A stretch of 64,000 nucleotides of DNA from an uncultured bacterium (GTDB lineage: Bacteria > Krumholzibacteriota > Krumholzibacteriia > LZORAL124-64-63), in NCBI GenBank assembly GCA_937864225.1, contig CALMJK010000004.1:137949-201948 (forward strand), written 5' to 3'. Made by a program: the position numbers and the translations under genes. Shown in pieces: positions 8,124-17,551 of the stretch; position 1 is the stretch's first letter; each line of letters begins with the position of its first letter. The notes beneath the pieces are model-generated. The model saw only the letters and a list, made by a program, of their open reading frames with translations. It made no database searches and was not told the origin of the DNA.

Positions 8124-10880
8124 ATGCCCCGAGGCATTTTCTCTGCTATTGCCATCGTCTACCTCGCGGTCGCGGGCCCGGCCGGCGCCCAGGTCCGGAC
8201 CATCGAGCTCGTGCCCGGCTCGCCGGCGCTGGCGGTGGTCGGGCAGTCCGGGAGCGAGGTCGCCTTTCGGGTCGACGTGCGCCAGCTGCAGACCGTGCCG
8301 GTCACGACGCGCGAGGGTTCGTTCACGCGCCTGTTGATCCCCGGCTTTCACGGGTCACAGCGCGTGGGGGCGCCCGAGTTGCCGATGATGAATCGCCTGC
8401 TCGCCCTCCCGCTCGGCTGCCGGCCCAGGATCGAGGTCAGGTCGCTGCGCAGCCGCGACCTCGACCTCGGCGCCCACGGCGTTACGACGCCGCTGTGGCC
8501 CGTCCAGCCGCCCGTCTCCAAGAGCCCCGACGCCGACGCGCCGCCGTTCGCGTACGACCGCGCGGTCTACCAGGCCGCCAGGATCGCGCAGGACCTCGTG
8601 AAAGTCGTTCCCCTGGGCCGTCTGCGGGCGATGGACATGGGGCGCGTCGAGGTCTCTCCGGTCGAGTACTTCCCGGCCGAGAATCGCGTGCGCGTGCACG
8701 AGGAGATCGAGTTCAAGATCGTGTTCGAGGAAGCAGACCCGCGGGCGACGAGCGATCTGCTCGCGCGCACGCACAGCCCGTACTTCGAGGTCGTGTACGG
8801 ACAGGTCGCCAACGCGCTGAGCTTCCACGACAGCTACCCGGATCACGTGCGCGACGTCGTGACGATGGCCGTGGTGACGCCGCCGGATTTCGCGGCGCAA
8901 TTGGCGGAATTCGTGGCCTGGAAAACGCGGCGAGGCTTCCACGTCGTAGTCGGCGTGATCGGCGATCCCGAAGTCGGCACGACCACGGACACGATCGGCG
9001 CCTGGCTGCAGTCGCTCTACGAGAACGCGACGCCCGACCTGCCGGCGCCGAGCTTCGTGCTGTTCGTGGGGGACGTCGCGCAGATGCCGACGTTCAGCAT
9101 TGGGGGCGACCCCACCGACCGGCCGTACTGTTGCGTCGACGGCGACCTGATGCCCGACATGTACTATGGCCGGCTGCCGGCGGCCAACAGCGAACAACTG
9201 CAGGCCATCCTCGATAAGACGATGATGTACGACCAGTTCACGATGCCCGACCCGAGCTACCTCGAAAAGGCGGTCATGATCGCCGGCGTGGACGCCACGT
9301 ATGCGTCCGTGTGGGCCAACGGCCAGATCTACTACGGCGTCTCCAATTATTTCAACGCCGCCCACGGCATCGCCAGCAACACCTATTATTACCCCGCCTC
9401 CGGCTCCTCCGACGCGCAGATCATCGCCAACGCCAGCGAGGGGCGCGCGTACATCAATTACACGGCGCACGGCTCCAAGATCGCCTGGTCGGACCCGACC
9501 TTCACGCAGGCCGACGTGAACGGCCTGGCCAACGACGGCGAGTACGGTCTGGTCGTGGGCAACTGCTGTCTGACCGGCTGCTACGACTGGCCCGAGTGCT
9601 TCGGCGAAACGTGGCTGCGCGCGCCGCACAAGGGCGCGATCGGCTACGTCGGCGCCAGCAACAACAGCTACTGGGACGAGGACTATTGGTGGGGCGTGGG
9701 CTACCGCGCCGTGATTGTCGCCCAGCCGACCTACGACTCCGGCGCCCTGGGCGCCTACGACGGCCTGTTCCACGACCACGGCGAGGACATGAGCCTGTGG
9801 TACGTGACCAACGACGCCCTCGTCTTCTGCGGCAATCTGGCCGTGACCCAGGCGGGTTCGAGCCTCACGGAATATTACTGGAACATCTACAACCTCCTGG
9901 GCGACCCCAGTCTGAGTCCCTATCTGGGCGTGCCCTACCCGAATCCGGTCGCGCATCCGGCGGAGATCGCCGCCTCCAGCGTGTCGCTGCCGGTCTGGGC
10001 CGTGCCCAACAGCTACATCGGTCTCACCCAGGGCGGCGCGCTGGTCGGCGCCGGCACCACCGACGCGACGGGCGCCGCGACGCTGGCGTTCACGCAGACA
10101 GCGCTGATTTCGGGTGAACCGCTGCACATCGTGGTCACGGCGCAGAACCGCGTGCCCTACGAGGCCGACATCGCCGTGACGGACGGCGACGTCCTGGACG
10201 CCTGCGCGAATCCGAACGGCGCCATTCCCGACAACGATCCCGCGGGGATCACGAGCACGCTGGCGGTGCCAGACGTGGGTGTGATCGACGACATCCAGGT
10301 CTATGTGAACATCACGCATCCCCGCCGCGGCGATCTTCTGGTCCAACTGATCTCGCCGACGGGCGTCGTCGTCACCCTGCACGACGTCACCACCGAAGAA
10401 ACCGACGATCTCGTCGGCTGGTATCCCGTTCAGTTGACGCCGAGCCAGCCGCTGTCCGCGCTGGTGGGCCAGGGCATGCAGGGCGATTGGCTGCTGACGG
10501 TGAGCGATCGGGTCGCGACGAACCTGGGCGTTTTGAACGAGTGGTGCCTCAGGATCACGCACTTTGCCTCGGCGACCGGCGTCGGCGACGGCTTGCCATC
10601 TGCCGCGGTGGTGCTCTTCTCGGCGTGGCCCAATCCCTTCAATCCATCCGCCCGGATCGCCCTCTCGCTGCCGCGCGCGCTCGACGTGGATCTCGCGGTC
10701 TACGACGTGAGCGGGCGTCGGATCGTCACGCTGGGGCGCGGCGAGTGGTCGGCAGGCCGGCACGAGGTCGATTGGAACGGACGCGACGCGCGAGGGCGCG
10801 CCGTCCCCAGCGGCGCCTACTTTTTCCGTCTCGCGGCCGACGGGCGCGCCCTCGTCCGCAAGGCGGTGCTGTTGAAGTAG
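8124..10880 (+). CDS. Gingipain-family (C25) cysteine peptidase, Kgp-like: propeptide, catalytic domain, Ig-like domain, P-domain, FlgD/T9SS-like CTD
   Basis: Signal peptide; AGVD, NYTAHGS (His), GNCC (Cys) and NSYWDED motifs; P-proprotein domain (IPDNDPAGITS...HPRRGDL); PNPFNP...SGAYFFRL...VLLK tail. Confidence 0.88.
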   Translation: MPRGIFSAIAIVYLAVAGPAGAQVRTIELVPGSPALAVVGQSGSEVAFRVDVRQLQTVPVTTREGSFTRLLIPGFHGSQRVGAPELPMMNRLLALPLGCRPRIEVRSLRSRDLDLGAHGVTTPLWPVQPPVSKSPDADAPPFAYDRAVYQAARIAQDLVKVVPLGRLRAMDMGRVEVSPVEYFPAENRVRVHEEIEFKIVFEEADPRATSDLLARTHSPYFEVVYGQVANALSFHDSYPDHVRDVVTMAVVTPPDFAAQLAEFVAWKTRRGFHVVVGVIGDPEVGTTTDTIGAWLQSLYENATPDLPAPSFVLFVGDVAQMPTFSIGGDPTDRPYCCVDGDLMPDMYYGRLPAANSEQLQAILDKTMMYDQFTMPDPSYLEKAVMIAGVDATYASVWANGQIYYGVSNYFNAAHGIASNTYYYPASGSSDAQIIANASEGRAYINYTAHGSKIAWSDPTFTQADVNGLANDGEYGLVVGNCCLTGCYDWPECFGETWLRAPHKGAIGYVGASNNSYWDEDYWWGVGYRAVIVAQPTYDSGALGAYDGLFHDHGEDMSLWYVTNDALVFCGNLAVTQAGSSLTEYYWNIYNLLGDPSLSPYLGVPYPNPVAHPAEIAASSVSLPVWAVPNSYIGLTQGGALVGAGTTDATGAATLAFTQTALISGEPLHIVVTAQNRVPYEADIAVTDGDVLDACANPNGAIPDNDPAGITSTLAVPDVGVIDDIQVYVNITHPRRGDLLVQLISPTGVVVTLHDVTTEETDDLVGWYPVQLTPSQPLSALVGQGMQGDWLLTVSDRVATNLGVLNEWCLRITHFASATGVGDGLPSAAVVLFSAWPNPFNPSARIALSLPRALDVDLAVYDVSGRRIVTLGRGEWSAGRHEVDWNGRDARGRAVPSGAYFFRLAADGRALVRKAVLLK

Positions 10881-10945
10881 TGGAGACCGGGGCCGGGGTC
10901 GCGCGGCTGGGCGGTGGTTGCCCCGCCGAGGAAGGACCGGAATCG

Positions 10946-13258
10946 ATGCCGTTGGCGGGCTCTGCGATGCGGCGAAGCGCCCTGCTGGCGGCGGTGGGCT
11001 TGCTGATGTTGCTCTCGCCGCCCCTGCGGGCCGCGGACATCCCGACCGACGCCGCGGGCCTGCCGCACTGGGTCCCGCGCGTATGGACCGATTTCCCGGT
11101 GCGCATCGAACTGGCCGACCAAGCCGCGCTGGCGGCTTTGCTGGCCCGAGTGCCTGTCGCCTCGTTCGACCGCGAACAACTGAGCCGCGTGCGCGCCGGG
11201 GAGACGACCGTTCGGCTCGTCTGGCAGCCCCGCGTGACGGAAGAGGAGGCCGCCGCGCTCGCCGCGGCGGGCGCCGAGTTCGAGCGTCTGCGCGACGTCG
11301 ACCGCGAGGCCCGCGAGGCGGCCGAGGCCGTGTGGGCCGCGCAGGCCGCGAAGGGCGGCGAGGTCCTGAAGAGCGGCGAGGCCGGCGTGTACCACACTCA
11401 GGCCCAGATCGGGGCCATCCTGCAGCAGGCGCAGGTCGATCACCCGGCCCTGGCCGCCTATTACAGCCTCGGCAATTCCGTGCTGGGCAGGCCGCTGCAC
11501 GCCATCGTGATCAGCGACAACGTCGGCGTGGAGGAAGCCGAGCCGGAAGTGCGACTCACCGCCAACATCCACGGCGACGAAACCGTGCAGATGGAAAACC
11601 TCGTCGCGCTCGTCGAGCACCTCACCAACAACTACGGCACGGACCCGGTGGTGACCGATCTCGTGGACAACACGGAGATCCACGTCGTGCCGTCGCTCAA
11701 CCCCGATGGAAACGCGGCGCTGACGCGAACCAACGCCAACGGCGAGGACCTCAACCGCGACTACCCGGTTCCCGACGGCACGATCGGCGACGACGGCGAC
11801 TGGACGCTTGAACCCGAGACCGTGCTCGTCCACAACCATGCGGCCGCTCGCAACTTCGTGATCAGCGAGGTCGGTCACGGCGGAGCGCTCGTGGTGAACT
11901 ATCTCTGGGACCACACCTACACGCTGGCGCCCGACAACGACGGCATCGTGGAACTGGCGCTCGAATACAGCCGCTACAACCCGCCGATGTACGCCAGCAC
12001 GATCTTTCTCCTGGGCATCACCAACGGCGCCGACTGGTACCTCGTCAAAGGAACCGTGCAGGACTGGGCGTACCACGAAACGGGTTGCTGGGATTTCACG
12101 ATCGAAGTCAGCACGGTCAAGAATCCCGACGCGAGCACCCTCGAACAGTACTGGCTCGACAACAAGGAGAGTCTGCTGCACTTCATCAAGGCCGCCCGCT
12201 ACGGCGTGCACGGCCGCGTGACCTCGTCCGTCACGGGCTTGCCGCTGGCCGCCACGGTGGCCGTGACCGGCATCAGCAAGACCGTGCGAACCGATCCCGA
12301 TTTCGGCGACTACTACAAGATCCTGCCCGCTGGCGCCTGGGATCTGACCTTCTCGGCGGACGGGTACGCGAGCCGCACCTTTGCCGGCGTGTCCACGGTT
12401 TGGGGCGCTGGCACGCCGCTCGACGTGCAGCTAACTCCGGCCGAGGAGGCGGACCTGGCCGTGGACACGTTCGAGGACGGCCCGGACGGCTGGACCGGCG
12501 GGTGGGCGCTCACCACGGCGCTGAGCCACAGTCCCAGCACCTCGCTCACCGACAGCCCGGACGGCAGCTACGCCAACAACGCGACGGATGTCGCGACGCG
12601 CGCGGCGCTTGATCTGTCGGCGGCGTGCGCAGGGACGGTCTCGTTCTGGGCGCGCTGGGATCTCGAGTTGAACCGGGACGGCGTCTTCTTCGAGATCTCC
12701 GCGGACGGCGGCGCGACGTGGCTCGCCTTGGCCACGGCCTACACGCAGCCCGCCAGCGGCCAGGGCAGTCAACTCCCGACCGGCACGCCGCTGTTCGAGG
12801 GGACGCAGACGGCGTGGGTCGAGAACAGCGCCGATCTCGGCCCCTTCCTGGGCGAACCCGACGTGCGGTTCCGTTTCCGCCTGCAAAGCGACAACTTCAG
12901 GACCTACGACGGCTTCTACGTGGACGATTTCGTCGTGCACGTCGCGCGGCCCCTGGTTGTGGGCGCGGGGGACACGCCCGCCGTCGCGCGGCACCTGACC
13001 GCGGCGCCCAACCCGTTCAACCCGCGGACCGAGCTGCGGTTCGTCCTCGCGCGGGCCGGCGTGGCGCGCCTGACGATCCATGACTTGAGCGGGCGCCGCG
13101 TGCGCGCGCTGCTCGACACGGAACTGACGGCCGGCGAGCAGATCGTGCCCTGGGACGGCCGCGACGACCGGGGCGCGCCGTTGCCGAGCGCGGCGTATTT
13201 CGCGCGCCTGGCGGTCGGAGCCCAGAAATGGACCGTGAAGGTGATGCTGTTGAAGTGA
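10946..13258 (+). CDS. Secreted M14 zinc carboxypeptidase (CPD/E type) with transthyretin-like domain, jelly-roll domain and FlgD/T9SS-like CTD
   Basis: HGDE zinc motif, NPDG, DLNRDY, HGG, catalytic FTIEVS, GDYYKIL transthyretin-like domain and PNPFNP...VMLLK tail. Start is 10946 or 10967. Confidence 0.88.
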   Translation: MPLAGSAMRRSALLAAVGLLMLLSPPLRAADIPTDAAGLPHWVPRVWTDFPVRIELADQAALAALLARVPVASFDREQLSRVRAGETTVRLVWQPRVTEEEAAALAAAGAEFERLRDVDREAREAAEAVWAAQAAKGGEVLKSGEAGVYHTQAQIGAILQQAQVDHPALAAYYSLGNSVLGRPLHAIVISDNVGVEEAEPEVRLTANIHGDETVQMENLVALVEHLTNNYGTDPVVTDLVDNTEIHVVPSLNPDGNAALTRTNANGEDLNRDYPVPDGTIGDDGDWTLEPETVLVHNHAAARNFVISEVGHGGALVVNYLWDHTYTLAPDNDGIVELALEYSRYNPPMYASTIFLLGITNGADWYLVKGTVQDWAYHETGCWDFTIEVSTVKNPDASTLEQYWLDNKESLLHFIKAARYGVHGRVTSSVTGLPLAATVAVTGISKTVRTDPDFGDYYKILPAGAWDLTFSADGYASRTFAGVSTVWGAGTPLDVQLTPAEEADLAVDTFEDGPDGWTGGWALTTALSHSPSTSLTDSPDGSYANNATDVATRAALDLSAACAGTVSFWARWDLELNRDGVFFEISADGGATWLALATAYTQPASGQGSQLPTGTPLFEGTQTAWVENSADLGPFLGEPDVRFRFRLQSDNFRTYDGFYVDDFVVHVARPLVVGAGDTPAVARHLTAAPNPFNPRTELRFVLARAGVARLTIHDLSGRRVRALLDTELTAGEQIVPWDGRDDRGAPLPSAAYFARLAVGAQKWTVKVMLLK

Positions 13259-13306
13259 TCGTGAGGAAAGCTCTCACCTGGGCTCGCTGATCTCCCAGCG
13301 GCCCGA

Positions 13307-13349
13307 CCGGCGCCGGATGGAGTCCCCCCTCTGCCGGCGCCGGCTTTTT
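13307..13349 (+). terminator. Intrinsic terminator of the peptidase pair
   Basis: CCGGCGCCGG x2 stem (13307-13316/13334-13343) followed by CTTTTT. Confidence 0.65.
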
Positions 13350-13404
13350 CCCAGGCGGCCGGCGGCGGCGCGCGCGGCGCCGCACTCCGGTCCCCGGCCG
13401 AACG

Positions 13405-14376
13405 TCACTGCGCCAGCCGGTCCCACACCGGATCCATGCGCATGCCGGCCTGTTGGGCGCGCAGCGCGTGCTCGCGAGCGGCGCCCTCCTCGCCCTGATA
13501 GGCGTAGGCGATCCCGAGGTAGGCGTGTGCGAGCGCACAGTCCGGATCGCAGGCCAAGGCGGCCAGACACGCGGCGGTCGCCGCGTCGAATTGTCCGAAG
13601 CGGCAGTACAGGCGGCCGCGACGGGCATGGGCCCCGGCGCTCTGGTCGTTCGCGGCGAGCGCGCGCCCGTAAGCATTGAAGGCGTCGCGCAGCTTCTGCT
13701 GCGCTTCGAGCGATTCGCCGAGTCCGATCCAGAGGTCGGCGTTGGCGGCGGATGCTTCAAGATACGCGCGACACTGTCTTTCGGCGGCCGCCGCGCGTCC
13801 CGCCGCGATCAGCCCCATGACGAGCGCGCATTGCCCCGTCGCGTCCTGCGGCGCCTGGGCCACGGCCTTCTCGTAACACTCGACGGCGCTTTCCGTCCAG
13901 CCGATCAGCTCGTAGATCCTTCCCAACTGCAACTGGGCGCCGGGCGTCGTCTGGTCCAACTGCAGGGCAGCCTGGGTGGCCTCTTCGGCGTCCGCCAGAC
14001 GATTGAGGAGGATGTAAGACTCGCCCAGCGCGACGAGCAGCGCGGGGCAGGGCGTGGCGTTGCGGCGGCCGTCCTCGAGTGTCTGGGCTGCGATGGCGGG
14101 GTCGCCGGCCTGGCGGGCGAGCTTGGCCAATTCCAGGTAGGCTGCCGGATCCGCCGGCGAGGACGCCAGGCGCGCGCGTGCCTCGGCCGTCGTGCTGGCG
14201 CTGACCGGACAGGAGTCGCGCTCCATCTCCGCGAGAGGACCGCGCGGCGTTGGCGCGGGCAGGACAGTCGGCGCGGCGGATTCCGGTTTGGGAACGGCGC
14301 GACAGGGCAAGGCGCCCAGCAGCACCAACGAAAGAATCGTGGCCGCGCGGGCCAGACGCAGGGCAAAATGAGACAT
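13405..14376 (-). CDS. Secreted tetratricopeptide-repeat protein
   Basis: Signal peptide MSHFALRLARAATILSLVLLGALPCRA and about 6-7 TPR repeats (A...LG..Y, A..A...AL..DP). Confidence 0.8.
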   Translation of the reverse strand: MSHFALRLARAATILSLVLLGALPCRAVPKPESAAPTVLPAPTPRGPLAEMERDSCPVSASTTAEARARLASSPADPAAYLELAKLARQAGDPAIAAQTLEDGRRNATPCPALLVALGESYILLNRLADAEEATQAALQLDQTTPGAQLQLGRIYELIGWTESAVECYEKAVAQAPQDATGQCALVMGLIAAGRAAAAERQCRAYLEASAANADLWIGLGESLEAQQKLRDAFNAYGRALAANDQSAGAHARRGRLYCRFGQFDAATAACLAALACDPDCALAHAYLGIAYAYQGEEGAAREHALRAQQAGMRMDPVWDRLAQ

Positions 14377-14513
14377 GGCGGACAACCCCCCGGGGATGCG
14401 GATTGCAGATTGAAGGTCTTCCGGTCGGGAACCGGCCTGCCCGAGGTCGACTAACAAGCGGCGTGCCGCGCCGCCCCAGCGCCCGCGCGCGGGCGGCCGT
14501 CGCGGGAGGTGAC

Positions 14514-15503
14514 GTGAAAGCCAGCGACAAGGACGGACGGGAACAAGGCGACCGGCCGATCAGAGTCGGCGTCAGTGCCTGCCTGCTCGGACAGAAGGTC
14601 CGCTACGACGGAGGGCACAAGCACGATCGGTATCTCACGGACCTTCTGGGCGCGCACTGCGAGTTCGTGCCGGTCTGTCCCGAGCTGGAGGTCGGCATGG
14701 GAGTGCCGCGCGAGGCGGTGCGTCTGCTCGGGAGCGTCGAGGCCCCGCGCATGGTGGGAAGGCGCACCGGCGAGGACTGGACGGCGCGGATGAACCGGTG
14801 CGTCGCGCGCCGCGTGGCGCAACTCGAGACGATGGAGCTGAGCGGCTACATCCTGAAGAAGGACTCGCCGAGTTGCGGCATGGAGCGCGTGAAGGTCTAC
14901 GGCGAGGGCGAGGGCGCCTTGCCCGACAAGACGGGCAGGGGGCTGTTCGCGCGCGCGCTCATGGAGCGGCTGCCCCTGCTGCCGGTCGAAGAGGAAGGCC
15001 GGCTCAACGATGCCCGCCTGCGCGAGAACTTCATCGTCCGCGTGTTCTCCTACCACCGCCTCCAAGACCTTTTCCGCGGGCGCTGGAAGCGCGGCCGGGT
15101 CGTGTCCTTCCACGCCGCGCACAAGCTGCTGCTCATGGCCCACAGTCCGGCGCACTACGCCGAGCTGGGACGCCTGGTCGCGCGCGTGAAGGACCTGCCG
15201 CCGGCGGAATTCCGCGCGCGCTACAGCGCCGCCTTCATGGCTGGCCTGCAGGTTCGGGCCACGGCGAGCAAGCACGCGAACGTGCTTCAGCACGTCGTCG
15301 GCTACCTGCGAGATCACGTGGATCCGGCGGAACGGGACGACATCCTGTCCGTCATCGAGGACCACCGCCGCGGCATCGTGCCGCTCATCGTGCCGATGAC
15401 GCTCGTGCGGCACTACGTGCGCAAGCACGCGATTGCGTACATCGCGGACCAGACGTACCTGAACCCGCACCCCAAGGAATTGATGCTGCGCAACCACGTT
15501 TGA
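14514..15503 (+). CDS. DUF523(TudS)-DUF1722 fusion, YbgA/RudS-like [4Fe-4S] thio-nucleobase or tRNA desulfidase
   Basis: GVSACLLG, VCPE and KKDSPSCG cluster-ligand motifs; C-terminal HKLLLMAH...YL.PHP DUF1722. GGAGG precedes GTG at 14514. Confidence 0.85.
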   Translation: MKASDKDGREQGDRPIRVGVSACLLGQKVRYDGGHKHDRYLTDLLGAHCEFVPVCPELEVGMGVPREAVRLLGSVEAPRMVGRRTGEDWTARMNRCVARRVAQLETMELSGYILKKDSPSCGMERVKVYGEGEGALPDKTGRGLFARALMERLPLLPVEEEGRLNDARLRENFIVRVFSYHRLQDLFRGRWKRGRVVSFHAAHKLLLMAHSPAHYAELGRLVARVKDLPPAEFRARYSAAFMAGLQVRATASKHANVLQHVVGYLRDHVDPAERDDILSVIEDHRRGIVPLIVPMTLVRHYVRKHAIAYIADQTYLNPHPKELMLRNHV

Positions 15504-15523
15504 CGGCGGCCCCCGCGCGCGCC

Positions 15524-16057
15524 TCAGTCGCGCGGCAGCAGCGTGTCGGCCCGCTCGACGATCTCGAGCAAGCGCGGGCCATGCAGCGCGATCGCCGCGA
15601 AGGCGGCCGCGAGGAAGGGGAAAGCTCGCTGCGGCGGGTGGCCCAGGAACACGAGCAGCACGCCGAACATCCCGGCCGACTCGAAGCAGGCCCAGGCGAC
15701 GACGCAGCGGGTCTGTCCGTACGTCGCCACGGCGAACAACTTCTGTTCGCGCGGCGTGGCGGCGGCGGGGACGGCCGGGGCCGGAGTGATCGTCGTCGCG
15801 GCGTGCGGGGCCTTGCGCAAGGCCGCGTCGGTGAACGAAATCCGCCAATAGAAAACGCCGCCGGCCAGCGCCGCGATGGCCAGCGACGCCAGCGCGAGCA
15901 GAGCGAACGACGGCGTCGCCGGCGGGACCGGACGCTGCGACGCGACCAGGAAGGCGACCGCGGCGTAGAGGGGTGGGCCCGCGAGGAACGCGCCCCAGAT
16001 GATGAACGTCGTGCGCGCCGGCTTGGCGAGTTGCGCCCTGAACTGCGGCGAGATCAT
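15524..16057 (-). CDS. Hypothetical 4-TM membrane protein (177 aa)
   Basis: ATG overlaps the upstream stop (ATGA). Four hydrophobic segments and a WACFESAGMFG motif. Confidence 0.7.
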   Translation of the reverse strand: MISPQFRAQLAKPARTTFIIWGAFLAGPPLYAAVAFLVASQRPVPPATPSFALLALASLAIAALAGGVFYWRISFTDAALRKAPHAATTITPAPAVPAAATPREQKLFAVATYGQTRCVVAWACFESAGMFGVLLVFLGHPPQRAFPFLAAAFAAIALHGPRLLEIVERADTLLPRD

Positions 16058-17301
16058 GCCTGCACTCCCTTGAGCGGGTCCTTCAGTCCGTGGCCCGTGA
16101 TCAGCGCGACGACGGTCTCGTCCGGCCGGACGAGACCCGCGTCCCTCGCCGCAATCACGCCGGCCAGCGCCGCCGCGGCCGAGGGCTCGGCCCAGACGCC
16201 GGCGAGACGGGCGAGCAGCCCGATCGCCTCGAGGATGGAGGAATCGGTCACGCTCAGGAACCCGCCGCCGGACGCGGCGACCTGACGCCACGCCTTGACT
16301 CGGTTGCGGGGCACGCCGACGGCGATCGAGTCGGCGACGGTGCGCGCGACCACGGGCGTCACCGCCCGCAGGATTGCGGGACCGTCGAGGCGCGTCGGGT
16401 CCGGTATCGCGGCCCAGGCGCGGACGAGCGGCGCGGCTCCCGACGCCTGCACGCCATAGACGCGCGGCCGCTTCGCGATCAGGCCCAGCTCCTCCAGCTC
16501 GGCGAACGCCTTGCCCGTCGACGACACGATGCACCCATCCCCCACGGGCGCGAACACGGCATCGGGCGCCGCGAAGTCGAGCGACAGCGCGATCTCGAAG
16601 GCGGCGGTCTTCTTGCCCTCGACCAGGATCGGGTTGTGCGCGCAGTTGCGGCTGTACCAGCCGTGCGCCGCGATCTCGCGCAGCGAGATCGCGAAGGCCT
16701 CGTCGTAGGTGCCGTCCACCTTCACCACGTCGGCCCCGTGCACGGCAAGCTGCGCGAGTTTGGCGGCGGGCGCGGCCGCCGGCACGAAGATCGTCGCGGG
16801 CAGGCCGGCGCGGGCGGCCAAGACGGCGAGGCTGGCGGCCGCGTTGCCGGTGGAGGCGCAGGCCAGGCGCGTTGCGCCCGCCTGCAGCGCGTGCGCCACG
16901 CCCACGGCCGCGGCGCGATCCTTGAGGCTGGCCGAAGGCAGGCCCGTGTCGTCCTTGAGCAGCAGCCCCGGCAGGCCGAGCGCCGCGCGCAGGCGCGCCG
17001 GCGCATGCAGCGGCGTGTCGCCCAGCGACCAGGCCGCGTGCGCGGCGATGGGGCGCAGCGGCAGCAGGGGGGCGAAGCGCCAGAGGTCGGGGCGCCCGCG
17101 CGCGGGAAAGGGGCGCTCGCGGTCGAGGTCGCGCGCGACACCAGCGTAATCGTAGACGGCATCGAGAATGCCGTCGAGGCCGCAGCGGTCGCAAACCCAG
17201 CCGGCATGCTCCCGCGGAAACTCGCGGGCGCAGACCACGCAGCGCCAGCCGAGCCAATGGCGGTTGAAGACGGCCACTTCCCGGCCGCTCGTCGCGCTCA
17301 T
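16054..17301 (-). CDS. Threonine-synthase-like PLP-dependent enzyme (fold type II)
   Basis: N-terminal CxxC...CxxC, SASLKDR PLP-lysine, CASTGN, GKKTAAFEI, VGDG and ITGHGLKD. Confidence 0.88.
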   Translation of the reverse strand: MSATSGREVAVFNRHWLGWRCVVCAREFPREHAGWVCDRCGLDGILDAVYDYAGVARDLDRERPFPARGRPDLWRFAPLLPLRPIAAHAAWSLGDTPLHAPARLRAALGLPGLLLKDDTGLPSASLKDRAAAVGVAHALQAGATRLACASTGNAAASLAVLAARAGLPATIFVPAAAPAAKLAQLAVHGADVVKVDGTYDEAFAISLREIAAHGWYSRNCAHNPILVEGKKTAAFEIALSLDFAAPDAVFAPVGDGCIVSSTGKAFAELEELGLIAKRPRVYGVQASGAAPLVRAWAAIPDPTRLDGPAILRAVTPVVARTVADSIAVGVPRNRVKAWRQVAASGGGFLSVTDSSILEAIGLLARLAGVWAEPSAAAALAGVIAARDAGLVRPDETVVALITGHGLKDPLKGVQA

Positions 17302-17549
17302 GCCTTGCCGCCGCCGTCCGGCGGCTCTCCCCCGCGGTAGTGCTCCTCGGAGATGCGGCGGATGCGATCCCGCAGGTCTTCGTGCGTGATGACGCCCCTC
17401 TCCACGAGGAGCTGCACCATGGCATCGTGGGCGAGTTTGGTGCCCACGGCGAGCTCGCCCACCGTGACGTCGCGACGTCGGCCGTCCTGCACGATGGTCA
17501 GGGCGATCTCGTCGCGAGCGTGCCGGCGGCGTTTCAGGAAATCGAACAT
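17298..17549 (-). CDS. Small hypothetical protein (83 aa)
   Basis: ATG 2 nt after the ygeW stop; its own stop overlaps the next ATG. MFDFLKRRR...AMVQLLVERGVITHEDL. Confidence 0.7.
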   Translation of the reverse strand: MFDFLKRRRHARDEIALTIVQDGRRRDVTVGELAVGTKLAHDAMVQLLVERGVITHEDLRDRIRRISEEHYRGGEPPDGGGKA

Positions 17550-17551
17550 GG

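Noticed and set aside
2210-8337. Very long alternative-frame ORFs (2210-6313 minus, 4741-8337 plus; likewise 43198-47733, 50874-53657, 53993-57301, 57289-60513)
   Set aside because: These are shadow ORFs expected from high GC3 codon bias. They are Arg/Ala/Gly/Pro-rich with no motifs and overlap well-supported genes.
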